In this document: positions 25,501-40,361 of the stretch, one piece after another
Layout: each line of letters begins with the position of its first letter
Numbering within the stretch: the first letter of the stretch is position 1
NCBI GenBank assembly: GCA_964016885.1
Contig: CAXHJY010001431.1
Coordinates: forward strand, 1 to 64,000
Length of the DNA stretch: 64,000 nt
Direction: 5' to 3'
Source of the DNA: Eledone cirrhosa
Lineage: Eukaryota
The notes under the pieces: model-generated
The model's input: the letters and a program-made list of their open reading frames with translations, nothing else
What the model was told of the DNA's origin: nothing
Database searches by the model: none
Made by a program: the position numbers and the translations under genes

Positions 25501-28500
25501 GCGACCATAGGCGGCCGGCCCACGATCGAAAAGGTAACTCCGCCGGCAAATTCGCATTTTTGTGATTCGTTTCTTCGAAGCACACCATTCGCTGGTGGAC
25601 TTCAGCTTCCGCATTTAGCATGGGCAGCTTTTCTTGAAAATCACACCACACACAGTCAATGAGTGTCTGCACATATACCAGTAATTACAGATCGATCCGA
25701 CCACAGGCGGCCGGCCCACGATCGAAAAGGTAACTCCGCCGGCAAATTCGCATTTTTGTGATTCGTTTCTTCGAAGCACACCATTCGCTGGTGGACTTCA
25801 GCTTCCGCATTTAGCATGGGCAGCTTTTCTTGAAAATCACACCACACACAGCAAATGTGTGTCTGCACATGGACCAGTAATTACAGATCGATCCGACCAC
25901 GGGCGGCCGGCCCACCATCGAAAAGGTAACTCCGCCGGCAAATTCGCATTTTTGTGATTCGTTTCTTCGAAGCACACCATTCGCTGGTGGACTTCAGCTT
26001 CCGCATTTAGCATGGGCAACTTTTCTTGAAAATCACACCACACACAGGCAATGAGTGTCTGCACATGTACCAGTAATTACAAATCGATCCGACCACGGGC
26101 GGCCGGCCACGATCGAAAAGGTAACTCCGCCGGCAAATTCGCATTTTTGTGATTCGTTTCTTCGAAGCACACCATTCGCTGGTGGACTTCAGCTTCCGCA
26201 TTTAGCATGGGCAGCTTTTCTTGAACATCACACCACACACAGCCAATGAGTGTCTGCACATATACCAGTAATTACAGATCGATCCGACCACGGGCGGCCG
26301 GCTCACGATCGAAAAGGTAACTCCGCCGGCAAATTCGCATTTTTGTGATTCGTTTCTTCGAAGCACACCATTCGCTGGTGGACTTCAGCTTCCTCATTTA
26401 GCATGGGCAGCTTTTCTTGAAAATCACACCACACACAGCAAATGTGTGTCTGCACATGGACCAGTAATTACAGATCGACCCGACCATAGGCGGCCGGCTC
26501 ACGATCGAAAAGGTAACTCCGCCGGCAAATTCGCATTTTTGTGATTCGTTTCTTCGAAGCACACCATTCGCTGGTGGACTTCAGCTTCCGCATTTAGCAT
26601 GGGCAGCTTTTCTTGAAAATCACACCACACACAGCAAATGTGTGTCTGCACATGGACCAGTAATTACAGATCGATCCGACCACGGGCGGCCGGCCCACCA
26701 TCGAAAAGGTAACTCCGCCGGCAAATTCGCATTTTTGTGATTCGTTTCTTCGAAGCACACCATTCGCTGGTGGACTTCAGCTTCCGCATTTAGCATGGGC
26801 AACTTTTCTTGAAAATCACACCACACACAGGCAATGAGTGTCTGCACATGTACCAGTAATTACAAATCGATCCGACCACGGGCGGCCGGCCACGATCGAA
26901 AAGGTGACTCCGCCGGCAAATTCGCATTTTTGTGATTCGTTTCTTCGAAGCACACCATTCGCTGGTGGACTTCAGCTTCCGCATTTAGCATGGGCAGCTT
27001 TTCTTGAACATCACACCACACACAGCCAATGAGTGTCTGCACATATACCAGTAATTACAGATCGATCCGACCACGGGCGGCCGGCTCACGATCGAAAAGG
27101 TAACTCCGCCGGCAAATTCGCATTTTTGTGATTCGTTTCTTCGAAGCACACCATTCGCTGGTGGACTTCAGCTTCCTCATTTAGCATGGGCAGTTTTTCT
27201 TGAAAATCACACCACACGCAGCAAATGTGTGTCTGCACATGGACCAGTAATTACAGATCGATGGGACCATAGGCGGCCGGCCCACGATCGAAAAGGTAAC
27301 TCCGCCGGCAAATTCGCATTTTTGTGATTCGTTTCTTCGAAGCACACCATTCGCTGGTGGACTTCAGCCTCCGCATTTAGCATGGGCAGCTTTTCTTGAA
27401 AATCACACCACACACAGCAAATGTGTATCTGCACATGGACCAGTAATTACAGATCGATCCGACCACGGGCGGCCGGCCCACCATCGAAAAGGTAACTCCG
27501 CCGGCAAATTCGCATTTTTGTGATTCGTTTCTTCGAAGCACACCATTCGCTGGTGGACTTCAGCTTCCGCATTTAGCATGGGCAGCTTTTCTTGAACATC
27601 ACACCACACACAGCCAATGAGTGTCTGCACATATACCAGTAATTACAGATCGATCCGACCACGGGCGGCCGGCTCACGATCGAAAAGGTAACTCCGCCGG
27701 CAAATTCGCATTTTTGTGATTCGTTTCTTCGAAGCACACCATTCGCTGGTGGACTTCAGCTTCCTCATTTAGCATGGGCAGCTTTTCTTGAAAATCACAC
27801 CACACACAGCCAATGAGTGTCTGCACATATACCAGTAATTACAGATCGATCCGACCACAGGCGGCCGGCCCACGATCGAAAAGGTAACTCCGCCGGCAAA
27901 TTCGCATTTTTGTGATTCGTTTCTTCGAAGCACACCATTCGTGGGTAGACTTCAGCTTCCGCATTTAGCATGGGCAGCTTTTCTTTAAAATCACACCACA
28001 CACAGCAAATGTGTGTCTGCACATGGACCAGTAATTACAGATCGATCCGACCATAGGCGGCCGGCCCACGATCGAAAACGTAACTCCGCCAGCAAATTCG
28101 CATTTTTGTGATTCGTTTCTTCGAAGCACACCATTCGCTGGTGGACTTCAGCTTCCGCATTTAGCATGGGCAACGTTTCGTGAAAATCACACCACACAGA
28201 GCAAATGTGTGTCTGCACATGGACCAGTAATTACAAATCGATCCGACCACGGGCGGCCGGCCCACGATCGAAAAGGTAACTCCGCCGGCAAATTCGCATT
28301 TTTGTGATTCGTTTTCTTCGAAGCACACCATTCGCTGCCGGACTTCAGCTTCCTCATTTAGCATGGGCAGCTTTTCTTGAAAATCACACCACACACAGTC
28401 AATGAGTGTCTGCACATATACCAGTAATTACAGATCGATCCGACCACAGGCGGCCCGCCCACGATCGAAAAGGTAACTCCGGCGGCAAATTCGCATTTTT

Positions 28501-28826
28501 GTAATTCGTTTCTTCGAAGCACACCATTCGCTGGTGGACTTCAGCTTCCGCATTTAGCATGGGCAGCTTTTCTTGAAAATCACACCACACACAGCAAATG
28601 TGTGTCTGCACATGGACCAGTAATTACAGATCGATCCGACCACGGGCGGCCGGCCCACCATCGAAAAGGTAACTCCGCCGGCAAATTCGCATTTTTGTGA
28701 TTCGTTTCTTCGAAGCACACCATTCGCTGGTGGACTTCAGCTTCCGCATTTATCATGGGCAACTTTTCTTGAAAATCACACCACACACAGGCAATGAGTG
28801 TCTGCACATGTACCAGTAATTACAGA

Positions 28827-28911
28827 TCGATCCGACCACGGGCGGCCGGCCCACGATCGAAAAGGTAACTCGATCCGACCACGGGCGGCCGGCCACGATC
28901 GAAAAGGTAAC
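28827..28911. repeat. Internal 43+42-bp direct repeat in a 238-bp monomer (copy 1)
   Basis: TCGATCCGACCACGGGCGGCCGGCCCACGATCGAAAAGGTAAC is followed directly by TCGATCCGACCACGGGCGGCCGGCCACGATCGAAAAGGTAAC. Confidence 0.97.
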
Positions 28912-29999
28912 TCCGCCGGCAAATTCGCATTTTTGTGATTCGTTTCTTCGAAGCACACCATTCGCTGGTGGACTTCAGCTTCCGCATTTAGCATGGGCAG
29001 CTTTTCTTGAACATCACACCACACACAGCCAATGAGTGTCTGCACATATACCAGTAATTACAGATCGATCCGACCACGGGCGGCCGGCTCACGATCGAAA
29101 AGGTAACTCCGCCGGCAAATTCGCATTTTTGTGATTCGTTTCTTCGAAGCACACCATTCGCTGGTGGACTTCAGCTTCCTCATTTAGCATGGGCAGCTTT
29201 TCTTGAAAATCACACCACACACAGCAAATGTGTGTCTGCACATGGACCAGTAATTACAGATCGATCCGACCATAGGCGGCCGGCTCACGATCGAAAAGGT
29301 AACTCCGCCGGCAAATTCGCATTTTTGTGATTCGTTTCTTCGAAGCACACCATTCGCTGGTGGACTTCAGCTTCCGCATTTAGCATGGGCAGCTTTTCTT
29401 GAAAATCACACCACACACAGCAAATGTGTGTCTGCACATGGACCAGTAATTACAGATCGATCCGACCACGGGCGGCCGGCCCACCATCGAAAAGGTAACT
29501 CCGCCGGCAAATTCGCATTTTTGTGATTCGTTTCTTCGAAGCACACCATTCGCTGGTGGACTTCAGCTTCCGCATTTAGCATGGGCAACTTTTCTTGAAA
29601 ATCACACCACACACAGGCAATGAGTGTCTGCACATGTACCAGTAATTACAAATCGATCCGACCACGGGCGGCCGGCCACGATCGAAAAGGTGACTCCGCC
29701 GGCAAATTCGCATTTTTGTGATTCGTTTCTTCGAAGCACACCATTCGCTGGTGGACTTCAGCTTCCGCATTTAGCATGGGCAGCTTTTCTTGAACATCAC
29801 ACCACACACAGCCAATGAGTGTCTGCACATATACCAGTAATTACAGATCGATCCGACCACGGGCGGCCGGCTCACGATCGAAAAGGTAACTCCGCCGGCA
29901 AATTCGCATTTTTGTGATTCGTTTCTTCGAAGCACACCATTCGCTGGTGGACTTCAGCTTCCTCATTTAGCATGGGCAGCTTTTCTTGAAAATCACACC

Positions 30000-32900
30000 A
30001 CACACAGTCAATGAGTGTCTGCACATATACCAGTAATTACAGATCGATCCGACCACGGGCGGCCGGCCCACGATCGAAAAGGTAACTCCGCCGGCAAATT
30101 CGCATTTTTGTGATTCGTTTCTTCGAAGCACACCATTCGCTGGTAGACTTCAGCTTCCGCATTTAGCATGGGCAGCTTTTCTTGAACATCACACCACACA
30201 CAGCCAATGAGTGTCTGCACATATACCAGTAATTACAGATCGATCCGACCACGGGCGGCCGGCTCACGATCGAAAAGGTAACTCCGCCGGCAAATTCGCA
30301 TTTTTGTGATTCGTTTCTTCGAAGCACACCATTCGCTGGTGGACTTCAGCTTCCTCATTTAGCATGGGCAGTTTTTCTTGAAAATCACACCACACACAGC
30401 AAATGTGTGTCTGCACATGGACCAGTAATTACAGATCGATGCGACCATAGGCGGCCGGCCCACGATCGAAAAGGTAACTCCGCCGGCAAATTCGCATTTT
30501 TGTGATTCGTTTCTTCGAAGCACACCATTCGCTGGTGGACTTCAGCTTCCGCATTTAGCATGGGCAGCTTTTCTTGAAAATCACACCACACACAGTCAAT
30601 GAGTGTCCGCACATATACCAGTAATTACAGATCGATCCGACCACAGGCGGCCCGCCCACGATCGAAAAGGTAACTCCGGCGGCAAATTCGCATTTTTGTG
30701 ATTCGTTTCTTCGAAGCACACCATTCGCTGGTGGACTTCAGCTTCCGCATTTAGCATGGGCAGCTTTTCTTGAACATCACACCACACACAGCCAATGAGT
30801 GTCTGCACATATACCAGTAATTACAGATCGATCCGACCACGGGCGGCCGGCTCACGATCGAAAAGGTAACTCCGCCGGCAAATTCGCATTTTTGTGATTC
30901 GTTTCTTCGAAGCACACCATTCGTTGGTGGACTTCAGCTTCCGCATTTAGCATGGGCAGCTTTTCTTGAAAATCACACCACACACAGCAAATGTGTGTCT
31001 GCACATGGACCAGTAATTACAGATCGATCCGACCACGGGCGGCCGGCCCACCATCGAAAAGGTAACTCCGCCGGCAAATTCGCATTTTTGTGATTCGTTT
31101 CTTCGAAGCACACCATTCGCTGGTGGACTTCAGCTTCCGCATTTAGCATGGGCAGCTTTTCTTGAAAATCACACCACACACAGTCAATGAGTGTCTGCAC
31201 ATATACCAGTAATTACAGATCGATCCGACCACGGGCGGCCGGCTCACGATCGAAAAGGTAACTCCGCCGGCAAATTCGCATTTTTGTGATTCGTTTCTTC
31301 GAAGCACACCATTCGCTGGTGGACTTCAGCTTCCGCATTTAGCATGGGCAACGTTTCGTGAAAATCACACCACACAGAGCAAATGTGTGTCTGCACATGG
31401 ACCAGTAATTACAGATCGATCCGACCACAGGCGGCCGGCCCACGATCGAAAATGTAACTCCGCCGGTAAATAGTCATTTTTGTGATTCGTTTTCTTCGAA
31501 GCACACCATTCGCCGCCGGACTTCAGCTTCCTCATTTAGCATGGGCAGTTTTTCTTGAAAATCACACCACACACAGCAAATGTGTGTCTGCACATGGACC
31601 AGTAATTACAGATCGATGCGACCATAGGCGGCCGGCCCACGATCGAAAAGGTAACTCCGCCGGCAAATTCGCATTTTTGTGATTCGTTTCTTCGAAGCAC
31701 ACCATTCGCTGGTGGACTTCAGCTTCCGCATTTAGCATGGGCAGCTTTTCTTGAAAATCACACCACACACAGTCAATGAGTGTCTGCACATATACCAGTA
31801 ATTACAGATCGATCCGACCACAGGCGGCCCGCCCACGATCGAAAAGGTAACTCCGGCGGCAAATTCGCATTTTTGTGATTCGTTTCTTCGAAGCACACCA
31901 TTCGCTGGTGGACTTCAGCTTCCGCATTTAGCATGGGCAGCTTTTCTTGAAAATCACACCACACACAGTCAATGAGTGTCTGCACATATACCAGTAATTA
32001 CAGATCGATCCGACCACGGGCGGCCGGCCCACGATCGAAAAGGTAACTCCGCCGGCAAATTCGCATTTTTGTGATTCGTTTCTTCGAAGCACACCATTCG
32101 CTGGTAGACTTCAGCTTCCGCATTTAGCATGGGCAGCGTTTCTTGAAAATCACACCACACACAGTCAATGAGTGTCTGCACATATACCAGTAATTACAGA
32201 TCGATCCGACCACAGGCGGCCGGCCCACGATCGAAAAGGTAACTCCGCCGGCAAATTCGCATTTTTGTGATTCGTTTCTTCGAAGCACACCATTCGCTGG
32301 TGGACTTCAGCTTCCGCATTTAGCATGGGCAACGTTTCGTGAAAATCACACCACACAGAGCAAATGTGTGTCTGCACATGGACCAGTAATTACAGATCGA
32401 TGCGACCATAGGCGGCCGGCCCACGATCGAAAAGGTAACTCCGCCGGCAAATTCGCATTTTTGTGATTCGTTTCTTCGAAGCACACCATTCGCTGGTGGA
32501 CTTCAGCTTCCGCATTTAGCATGGGCAGCTTTTCTTGAAAATCACACCACACACAGTCAATGAGTGTCTGCACATATACCAGTAATTACAGATCGACCCG
32601 ACCACAGGCGGCCGGCCCACGATCGAAAAGGTAACTCTGCCGGCAAATTCGCATTTTTGTGATTCGTTTCTTCGAAGCACACCATTCGCTGGTGGACTTC
32701 AGCTTCCGCATTTAGCATGGGCAGCTTTTCTTGAAAATCACACCACACACAGCAAATGTGTGTCTGCACATGGACCAGTAATTACAGATCGATCCGACCA
32801 CGGGCGGCCGGCCCACCATCGAAAAGGTAACTCCGCCGGCAAATTCGCATTTTTGTGATTCGTTTCTTCGAAGCACACCATTCGCTGGTGGACTTCAGCT

Positions 32901-35900
32901 TCCGCATTTAGCATGGGCAACTTTTCTTGAAAATCACACCACACACAGGCAATGAGTGTCTGCACATGTACCAGTAATTACAAATCGATCCGACCACGGG
33001 CGGCCGGCCACGATCGAAAAGGTAACTCCGCCGGCAAATTCGCATTTTTGTGATTCGTTTCTTCGAAGCACACCATTCGCTGGTGGACTTCAGCTTCCGC
33101 ATTTAGCATGGGCAGCTTTTCTTGAACATCACACCACACACAGCCAATGAGTGTCTGCACATGTACCAGTAATTACAGATCGATCCGACCACGGGCGGCC
33201 GGCTCACGATCGAAAAGGTAACTCCGCCGGCAAATTCGCATTTTTGTGATTCGTTTCTTCGAAGCACACCATTCGCTGGTGGACTTCAGCTTCCTCATTT
33301 AGCATGGGCAGCTTTTCTTGAAAATCACACCACACACAGCAGATGTGTGTCTGCACATGGACCAGTAATTACAGATCGATCCGACCATAGGCGGCCGGCT
33401 CACGATCGAAAAGGTAACTCCGCCGGCAAATTCGCATTTTTGTGATTCGTTTCTTCGAAGCACACCATTCGCTGGTGGACTTCAGCTTCCGCATTTACCA
33501 TGGGCAACGTTTCGTGAAAATCACACCACACAGAGCAAATGTGTGTCTGCACATGGACCAGTAATTACAGATCGATGCGACCATAGGCGGCCGGCCCACG
33601 ATCGAAAAGGTAACTCCGCCGGCAAATTCGCATTTTTGTGATTCGTTTCTTCGAAGCACACCATTCGCTGGTGGACTTCAGCTTCCGCATTTAGCATGGG
33701 CAGCTTTTCTTGAAAATCACACCACACACAGTCAATGAGTGTCTGCACATATACCAGTAATTACAGATCGATCCGACCACAGGCGGCCCGCCCACGATCG
33801 AAAAGGTAACTCCGGCGGCAAATTCGCATTTTTGTGATTCGTTTCTTCGAAGCACACCATTCGCTGGTGGACTTCAGCTTCCGCATTTAGCATGGGCAGC
33901 TTTTCTTGAACATCACACCACACACAGCCAATGAGTGTCTGCACATATACCAGTAATTACAGATCGATCCGACCACGGGCGGCCGGCTCACGATCGAAAA
34001 GGTAACTCCGCCGGCAAATTCGCATTTTTGTGATTCGTTTCTTCGAAGCACACCATTCGCTGGTGGACTTCAGCTTCCGCATTTAGCATGGGCAGCTTTT
34101 CTTGAACATCACACCACACACAGCCAATGAGTGTCTGCACATATACCAGTAATTACAGATCGATCCGACCACGGGCGGCCGGCTCACGATCGAAAAGGTA
34201 ACTCCGCCGGCAAATTCGCATTTTTGTGATTCGTTTCTTCGAAGCACACCATTCGCTGGTGGACTTCAGCTTCCTCATTTAGCATGGGCAGCTTTTCTTG
34301 AAAATCACACCACACACAGCAAATGTGTGTCTGCACATGGACCAGTAATTACCGATCGATCCGACCATAGGCGGCCGGCTCACGATCGAAAAGGTAACTC
34401 CGCCGGCAAATTCGCATTTTTGTGACTCGTTTCTTCGAAGCACACCATTCGCTGGTGGACTTCAGCTTCCGCATTTAGCATGGGCAGCTTTTCTTGAAAA
34501 TCACACCACACACAGTCAATGAGTGTCTGCACATATACCAGTAATTACAGATCGATCCGACCACGGGCGGCCGGCCCACGATCGAAAAGGTAACTCCGCC
34601 GGCAAATTCGCATTTTTGTGATTCGTTTCTTCGAAGCACACCATTCGCTGGTAGACTTCAGCTTCCGCATTTAGCATGGGCAGCGTTTCTTGAAAATCAC
34701 ACCACACACAGTCAATGAGTGTCTGCACATATACCAGTAATTACAGATCGATCCGACCACAGGCGGCCGGCCCACGATCGAAAAGGTAACTCCGCCGGCA
34801 AATTCGCATTTTTGTGATTCGTTTCTTCGAAGCACACCATTCGCTGGTGGACTTCAGCTTCCGCATTTAGCATGGGCAACGTTTCGTGAAAATCACACCA
34901 CACAGAGCAAATGTGTGTCTGCACATGGACCAGTAATTACAGATCGATCCGACCACAGGCGGCCGGCCCACGATCGAAAAGGTAACTCCGCCGGTAAATA
35001 GTCATTTTTGTGATTCGTTTTCTTCGAAGCACACCATTCGCCGCCGGACTTCAGCTTCCTCATTTAGCATGGGCAGTTTTTCTTGAAAATCACACCACAC
35101 ACGGCAAATGTGTGCCAGCACATGGACCAGTAATTACAGATCGATGCGACCATAGGCGGCCGGCCCACGATCGAAAAGGTAACTCCGCCGGCAAATTCGC
35201 ATTTTTGTGATTCGTTTCTTCGAAGCACACCATTCGCTGGTGGACTTCAGCTTCCGCATTTAGCATGGGCAGCTTTTCTTGAAAATCACACCACACACAG
35301 TCAATGAGTGTCTGCACATATACCAGTAATTACAGATCGATCCGACCACAGGCGGCCGGCCCACGATCGAAAAGGTAACTCCGCCGGCAAATTCGCATTT
35401 TTGTGATTCGTTTCTTCGAAGCACACCATTCGCTGGTGGACTTCAGCTTCCGCATTTAGCATGGGCAGCTTTTCTTGAAAATCACACCACACACAGCAAA
35501 TGTGTGTCTGCACATGGACCAGTAATTACAGATCGATCCGACCACGGGCGGCCGGCCCACCATCGAAAAGGTAACTCCGCCGGCAAATTCGCATTTTTGT
35601 GATTCGTTTCTTCGAAGCACACCATTCGCTGGTGGACTTCAGCTTCCGCATTTAGCATGGGCAACTTTTCTTGAAAATCACACCACACACAGGCAATGAG
35701 TGTCTGCACATGTACCAGTAATTACAAATCGATCCGACCACGGGCGGCCGGCCACGATCGAAAAGGTAACTCCGCCGGCAAATTCGCATTTTTGTGATTC
35801 GTTTCTTCGAAGCACACCATTCGCTGGTGGACTTCAGCTTCCGCATTTAGCATGGGCAGCTTTTCTTGAACATCACACCACACACAGCCAATGAGTGTCT

Positions 35901-36815
35901 GCACATATACCAGTAATTACAGATCGATCCGACCACGGGCGGCCGGCTCACGATCGAAAAGGTAACTCCGCCGGCAAATTCGCATTTTTGTGATTCGTTT
36001 CTTCGAAGCACACCATTCGCTGGTGGACTTCAGCTTCCTCATTTAGCATGGGCAGCTTTTCTTGAAAATCACACCACACACAGCAAATGTGTGTCTGCAC
36101 ATGGACCAGTAATTACAGATCGATCCGACCATAGGCGGCCGGCTCACGATCGAAAAGGTAACTCCGCCGGCAAATTCGCATTTTTGTGATTCGTTTCTTC
36201 GAAGCACACCATTCGCTGGTGGACTTCAGCTTCCGCATTTAGCATGGGCAGCTTTTCTTGAAAATCACACCACACACAGCAAATGTGTGTCTGCACATGG
36301 ACCAGTAATTACAGATCGATCCGACCACGGGCGGCCGGCCCACCATCGAAAAGGTAACTCCGCCGGCAAATTCGCATTTTTGTGATTCGTTTCTTCGAAG
36401 CACACCATTCGCTGGTGGACTTCAGCTTCCGCATTTAGCATGGGCAACTTTTCTTGAAAATCACACCACACACAGGCAATGAGTGTCTGCACATGTACCA
36501 GTAATTACAAATCGATCCGACCACGGGCGGCCGGCCACGATCGAAAAGGTGACTCCGCCGGCAAATTCGCATTTTTGTGATTCGTTTCTTCGAAGCACAC
36601 CATTCGCTGGTGGACTTCAGCTTCCGCATTTAGCATGGGCAGCTTTTCTTGAACATCACACCACACACAGCCAATGAGTGTCTGCACATATACCAGTAAT
36701 TACAGATCGATCCGACCACGGGCGGCCGGCTCACGATCGAAAAGGTAACTCCGCCGGCAAATTCGCATTTTTGTGATTCGTTTCTTCGAAGCACACCATT
36801 CGCTGGTGGACTTCA
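30000..36815. repeat. Dispersed ~6.8-kb copy of ~20160-27170 (offset 9841, then 9645 bp)
   Basis: ORFs 21328..26860 recur at +9645 (30973..36505) and 20167..20755 at +9841. Shared rare variants are GACCCG/CTCTGCC (~22950/32595), TTTACCATGG (~23850/33495) and CACGGCAAATGTGTGCCAGC (~25455/35100). Confidence 0.88.
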
Positions 36816-37490
36816 GCTTCCGCATTTACCATGGGCAACGTTTCGTGAAAATCACACCACACAGAGCAAATGTGTGTCTGCACATGGACCAGTAATTACA
36901 GATCGATGCGACCATAGGCGGCCGGCCCACGATCGAAAAGGTAACTCCGCCGGCAAATTCGCATTTTTGTGATTCGTTTCTTCGAAGCACACCATTCGCT
37001 GGTGGACTTCAGCTTCCGCATTTAGCATGGGCAGCTTTTCTTGAAAATCACACCACACACAGTCAATGAGTGTCTGCACATATACCAGTAATTACAGATC
37101 GATCCGACCACAGGCGGCCCGCCCACGATCGAAAAGGTAACTCCGGCGGCAAATTCGCATTTTTGTAATTCGTTTCTTCGAAGCACACCAGTCGCTGGTG
37201 GACTTCAGCTTCCGCATTTAGCATTGGCAGCTTTTCTTGAAAATCACACCACACACAGCAAATGTGTGTCTGCACATGGACCAGTAATTACAGATCGATC
37301 CGACCACGGGCGGCCGGCCCACCATCGAAAAGGTAACTCCGCCGGCAAATTCGCATTTTTGTGATTCGTTTCTTCGAAGCACACCATTCGCTGGTGGACT
37401 TCAGCTTCCGCATTTATCATGGGCAACTTTTCTTGAAAATCACACCACACACAGGCAATGAGTGTCTGCACATGTACCAGTAATTACAGA

Positions 37491-37575
37491 TCGATCCGAC
37501 CACGGGCGGCCGGCCCACGATCGAAAAGGTAACTCGATCCGACCACGGGCGGCCGGCCACGATCGAAAAGGTAAC
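37491..37575. repeat. Internal 43+42-bp direct repeat, 238-bp monomer (copy 2)
   Basis: Same GGTAACTCGATCCG junction as copy 1. Confidence 0.96.
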
Positions 37576-40276
37576 TCCGCCGGCAAATTCGCATTTTTGT
37601 GATTCGTTTCTTCGAAGCACACCATTCGCTGGTGGACTTCAGCTTCCGCATTTAGCATGGGCAGCTTTTCTTGAACATCACACCACACACAGCCAATGAG
37701 TGTCTGCACATATACCAGTAATTACAGATCGATCCGACCACGGGCGGCCGGCTCACGATCGAAAAGGTAACTCCGCCGGCAAATTCGCATTTTTGTGATT
37801 CGTTTCTTCGAAGCACACCATTCGCTGGTGGACTTCAGCTTCCTCATTTAGCATGGGCAGCTTTTCTTGAAAATCACACCACACACAGCAAATGTGTGTC
37901 TGCACATGGACCAGTAATTACAGATCGATCCGACCATAGGCGGCCGGCTCACGATCGAAAAGGTAACTCCGCCGGCAAATTCGCATTTTTGTGATTCGTT
38001 TCTTCGAAGCACACCATTCGCTGGTGGACTTCAGCTTCCGCATTTAGCATGGGCAGCTTTTCTTGAAAATCACACCACACACAGCAAATGTGTGTCTGCA
38101 CATGGACCAGTAATTACAGATCGATCCGACCACGGGCGGCCGGCCCACCATCGAAAAGGTAACTCCGCCGGCAAATTCGCATTTTTGTGATTCGTTTCTT
38201 CGAAGCACACCATTCGCTGGTGGACTTCAGCTTCCGCATTTAGCATGGGCAACTTTTCTTGAAAATCACACCACACACAGGCAATGAGTGTCTGCACATG
38301 TACCAGTAATTACAAATCGATCCGACCACGGGCGGCCGGCCACGATCGAAAAGGTGACTCCGCCGGCAAATTCGCATTTTTGTGATTCGTTTCTTCGAAG
38401 CACACCATTCGCTGGTGGACTTCAGCTTCCGCATTTAGCATGGGCAGCTTTTCTTGAACATCACACCACACACAGCCAATGAGTGTCTGCACATATACCA
38501 GTAATTACAGATCGATCCGACCACGGGCGGCCGGCTCACGATCGAAAAGGTAACTCCGCCGGCAAATTCGCATTTTTGTGATTCGTTTCTTCGAAGCACA
38601 CCATTCGCTGGTGGACTTCAGCTTCCTCATTTAGCATGGGCAGTTTTTCTTGAAAATCACACCACACGCAGCAAATGTGTGTCTGCACATGGACCAGTAA
38701 TTACAGATCGATGGGACCATAGGCGGCCGGCCCACGATCGAAAAGGTAACTCCGCCGGCAAATTCGCATTTTTGTGATTCGTTTCTTCGAAGCACACCAT
38801 TCGCTGGTGGACTTCAGCCTCCGCATTTAGCATGGGCAGCTTTTCTTGAAAATCACACCACACACAGCAAATGTGTATCTGCACATGGACCAGTAATTAC
38901 AGATCGATCCGACCACGGGCGGCCGGCCCACCATCGAAAAGGTAACTCCGCCGGCAAATTCGCATTTTTGTGATTCGTTTCTTCGAAGCACACCATTCGC
39001 TGGTGGACTTCAGCTTCCGCATTTAGCATGGGCAGCTTTTCTTGAACATCACACCACACACAGCCAATGAGTGTCTGCACATATACCAGTAATTACAGAT
39101 CGATCCGACCACGGGCGGCCGGCTCACGATCGAAAAGGTAACTCCGCCGGCAAATTCGCATTTTTGTGATTCGTTTCTTCGAAGCACACCATTCGCTGGT
39201 GGACTTCAGCTTCCTCATTTAGCATGGGCAGCTTTTCTTGAAAATCACACCACACACAGCCAATGAGTGTCTGCACATATACCAGTAATTACAGATCGAT
39301 CCGACCACAGGCGGCCGGCCCACGATCGAAAAGGTAACTCCGCCGGCAAATTCGCATTTTTGTGATTCGTTTCTTCGAAGCACACCATTCGTGGGTAGAC
39401 TTCAGCTTCCGCATTTAGCATGGGCAGCTTTTCTTTAAAATCACACCACACACAGCAAATGTGTGTCTGCACATGGACCAGTAATTACAGATCGATCCGA
39501 CCATAGGCGGCCGGCCCACGATCGAAAACGTAACTCCGCCAGCAAATTCGCATTTTTGTGATTCGTTTCTTCGAAGCACACCATTCGCTGGTGGACTTCA
39601 GCTTCCGCATTTAGCATGGGCAACGTTTCGTGAAAATCACACCACACAGAGCAAATGTGTGTCTGCACATGGACCAGTAATTACAAATCGATCCGACCAC
39701 GGGCGGCCGGCCCACGATCGAAAAGGTAACTCCGCCGGCAAATTCGCATTTTTGTGATTCGTTTTCTTCGAAGCACACCATTCGCTGCCGGACTTCAGCT
39801 TCCTCATTTAGCATGGGCAGCTTTTCTTGAAAATCACACCACACACAGTCAATGAGTGTCTGCACATATACCAGTAATTACAGATCGATCCGACCACAGG
39901 CGGCCCGCCCACGATCGAAAAGGTAACTCCGGCGGCAAATTCGCATTTTTGTAATTCGTTTCTTCGAAGCACACCATTCGCTGGTGGACTTCAGCTTCCG
40001 CATTTAGCATGGGCAGCTTTTCTTGAAAATCACACCACACACAGCAAATGTGTGTCTGCACATGGACCAGTAATTACAGATCGATCCGACCACGGGCGGC
40101 CGGCCCACCATCGAAAAGGTAACTCCGCCGGCAAATTCGCATTTTTGTGATTCGTTTCTTCGAAGCACACCATTCGCTGGTGGACTTCAGCTTCCGCATT
40201 TATCATGGGCAACTTTTCTTGAAAATCACACCACACACAGGCAATGAGTGTCTGCACATGTACCAGTAATTACAGA

Positions 40277-40361
40277 TCGATCCGACCACGGGCGGCCGGC
40301 CCACGATCGAAAAGGTAACTCGATCCGACCACGGGCGGCCGGCCACGATCGAAAAGGTAAC
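40277..40361. repeat. Internal 43+42-bp direct repeat, 238-bp monomer (copy 3)
   Basis: Same GGTAACTCGATCCG junction. Confidence 0.96.
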
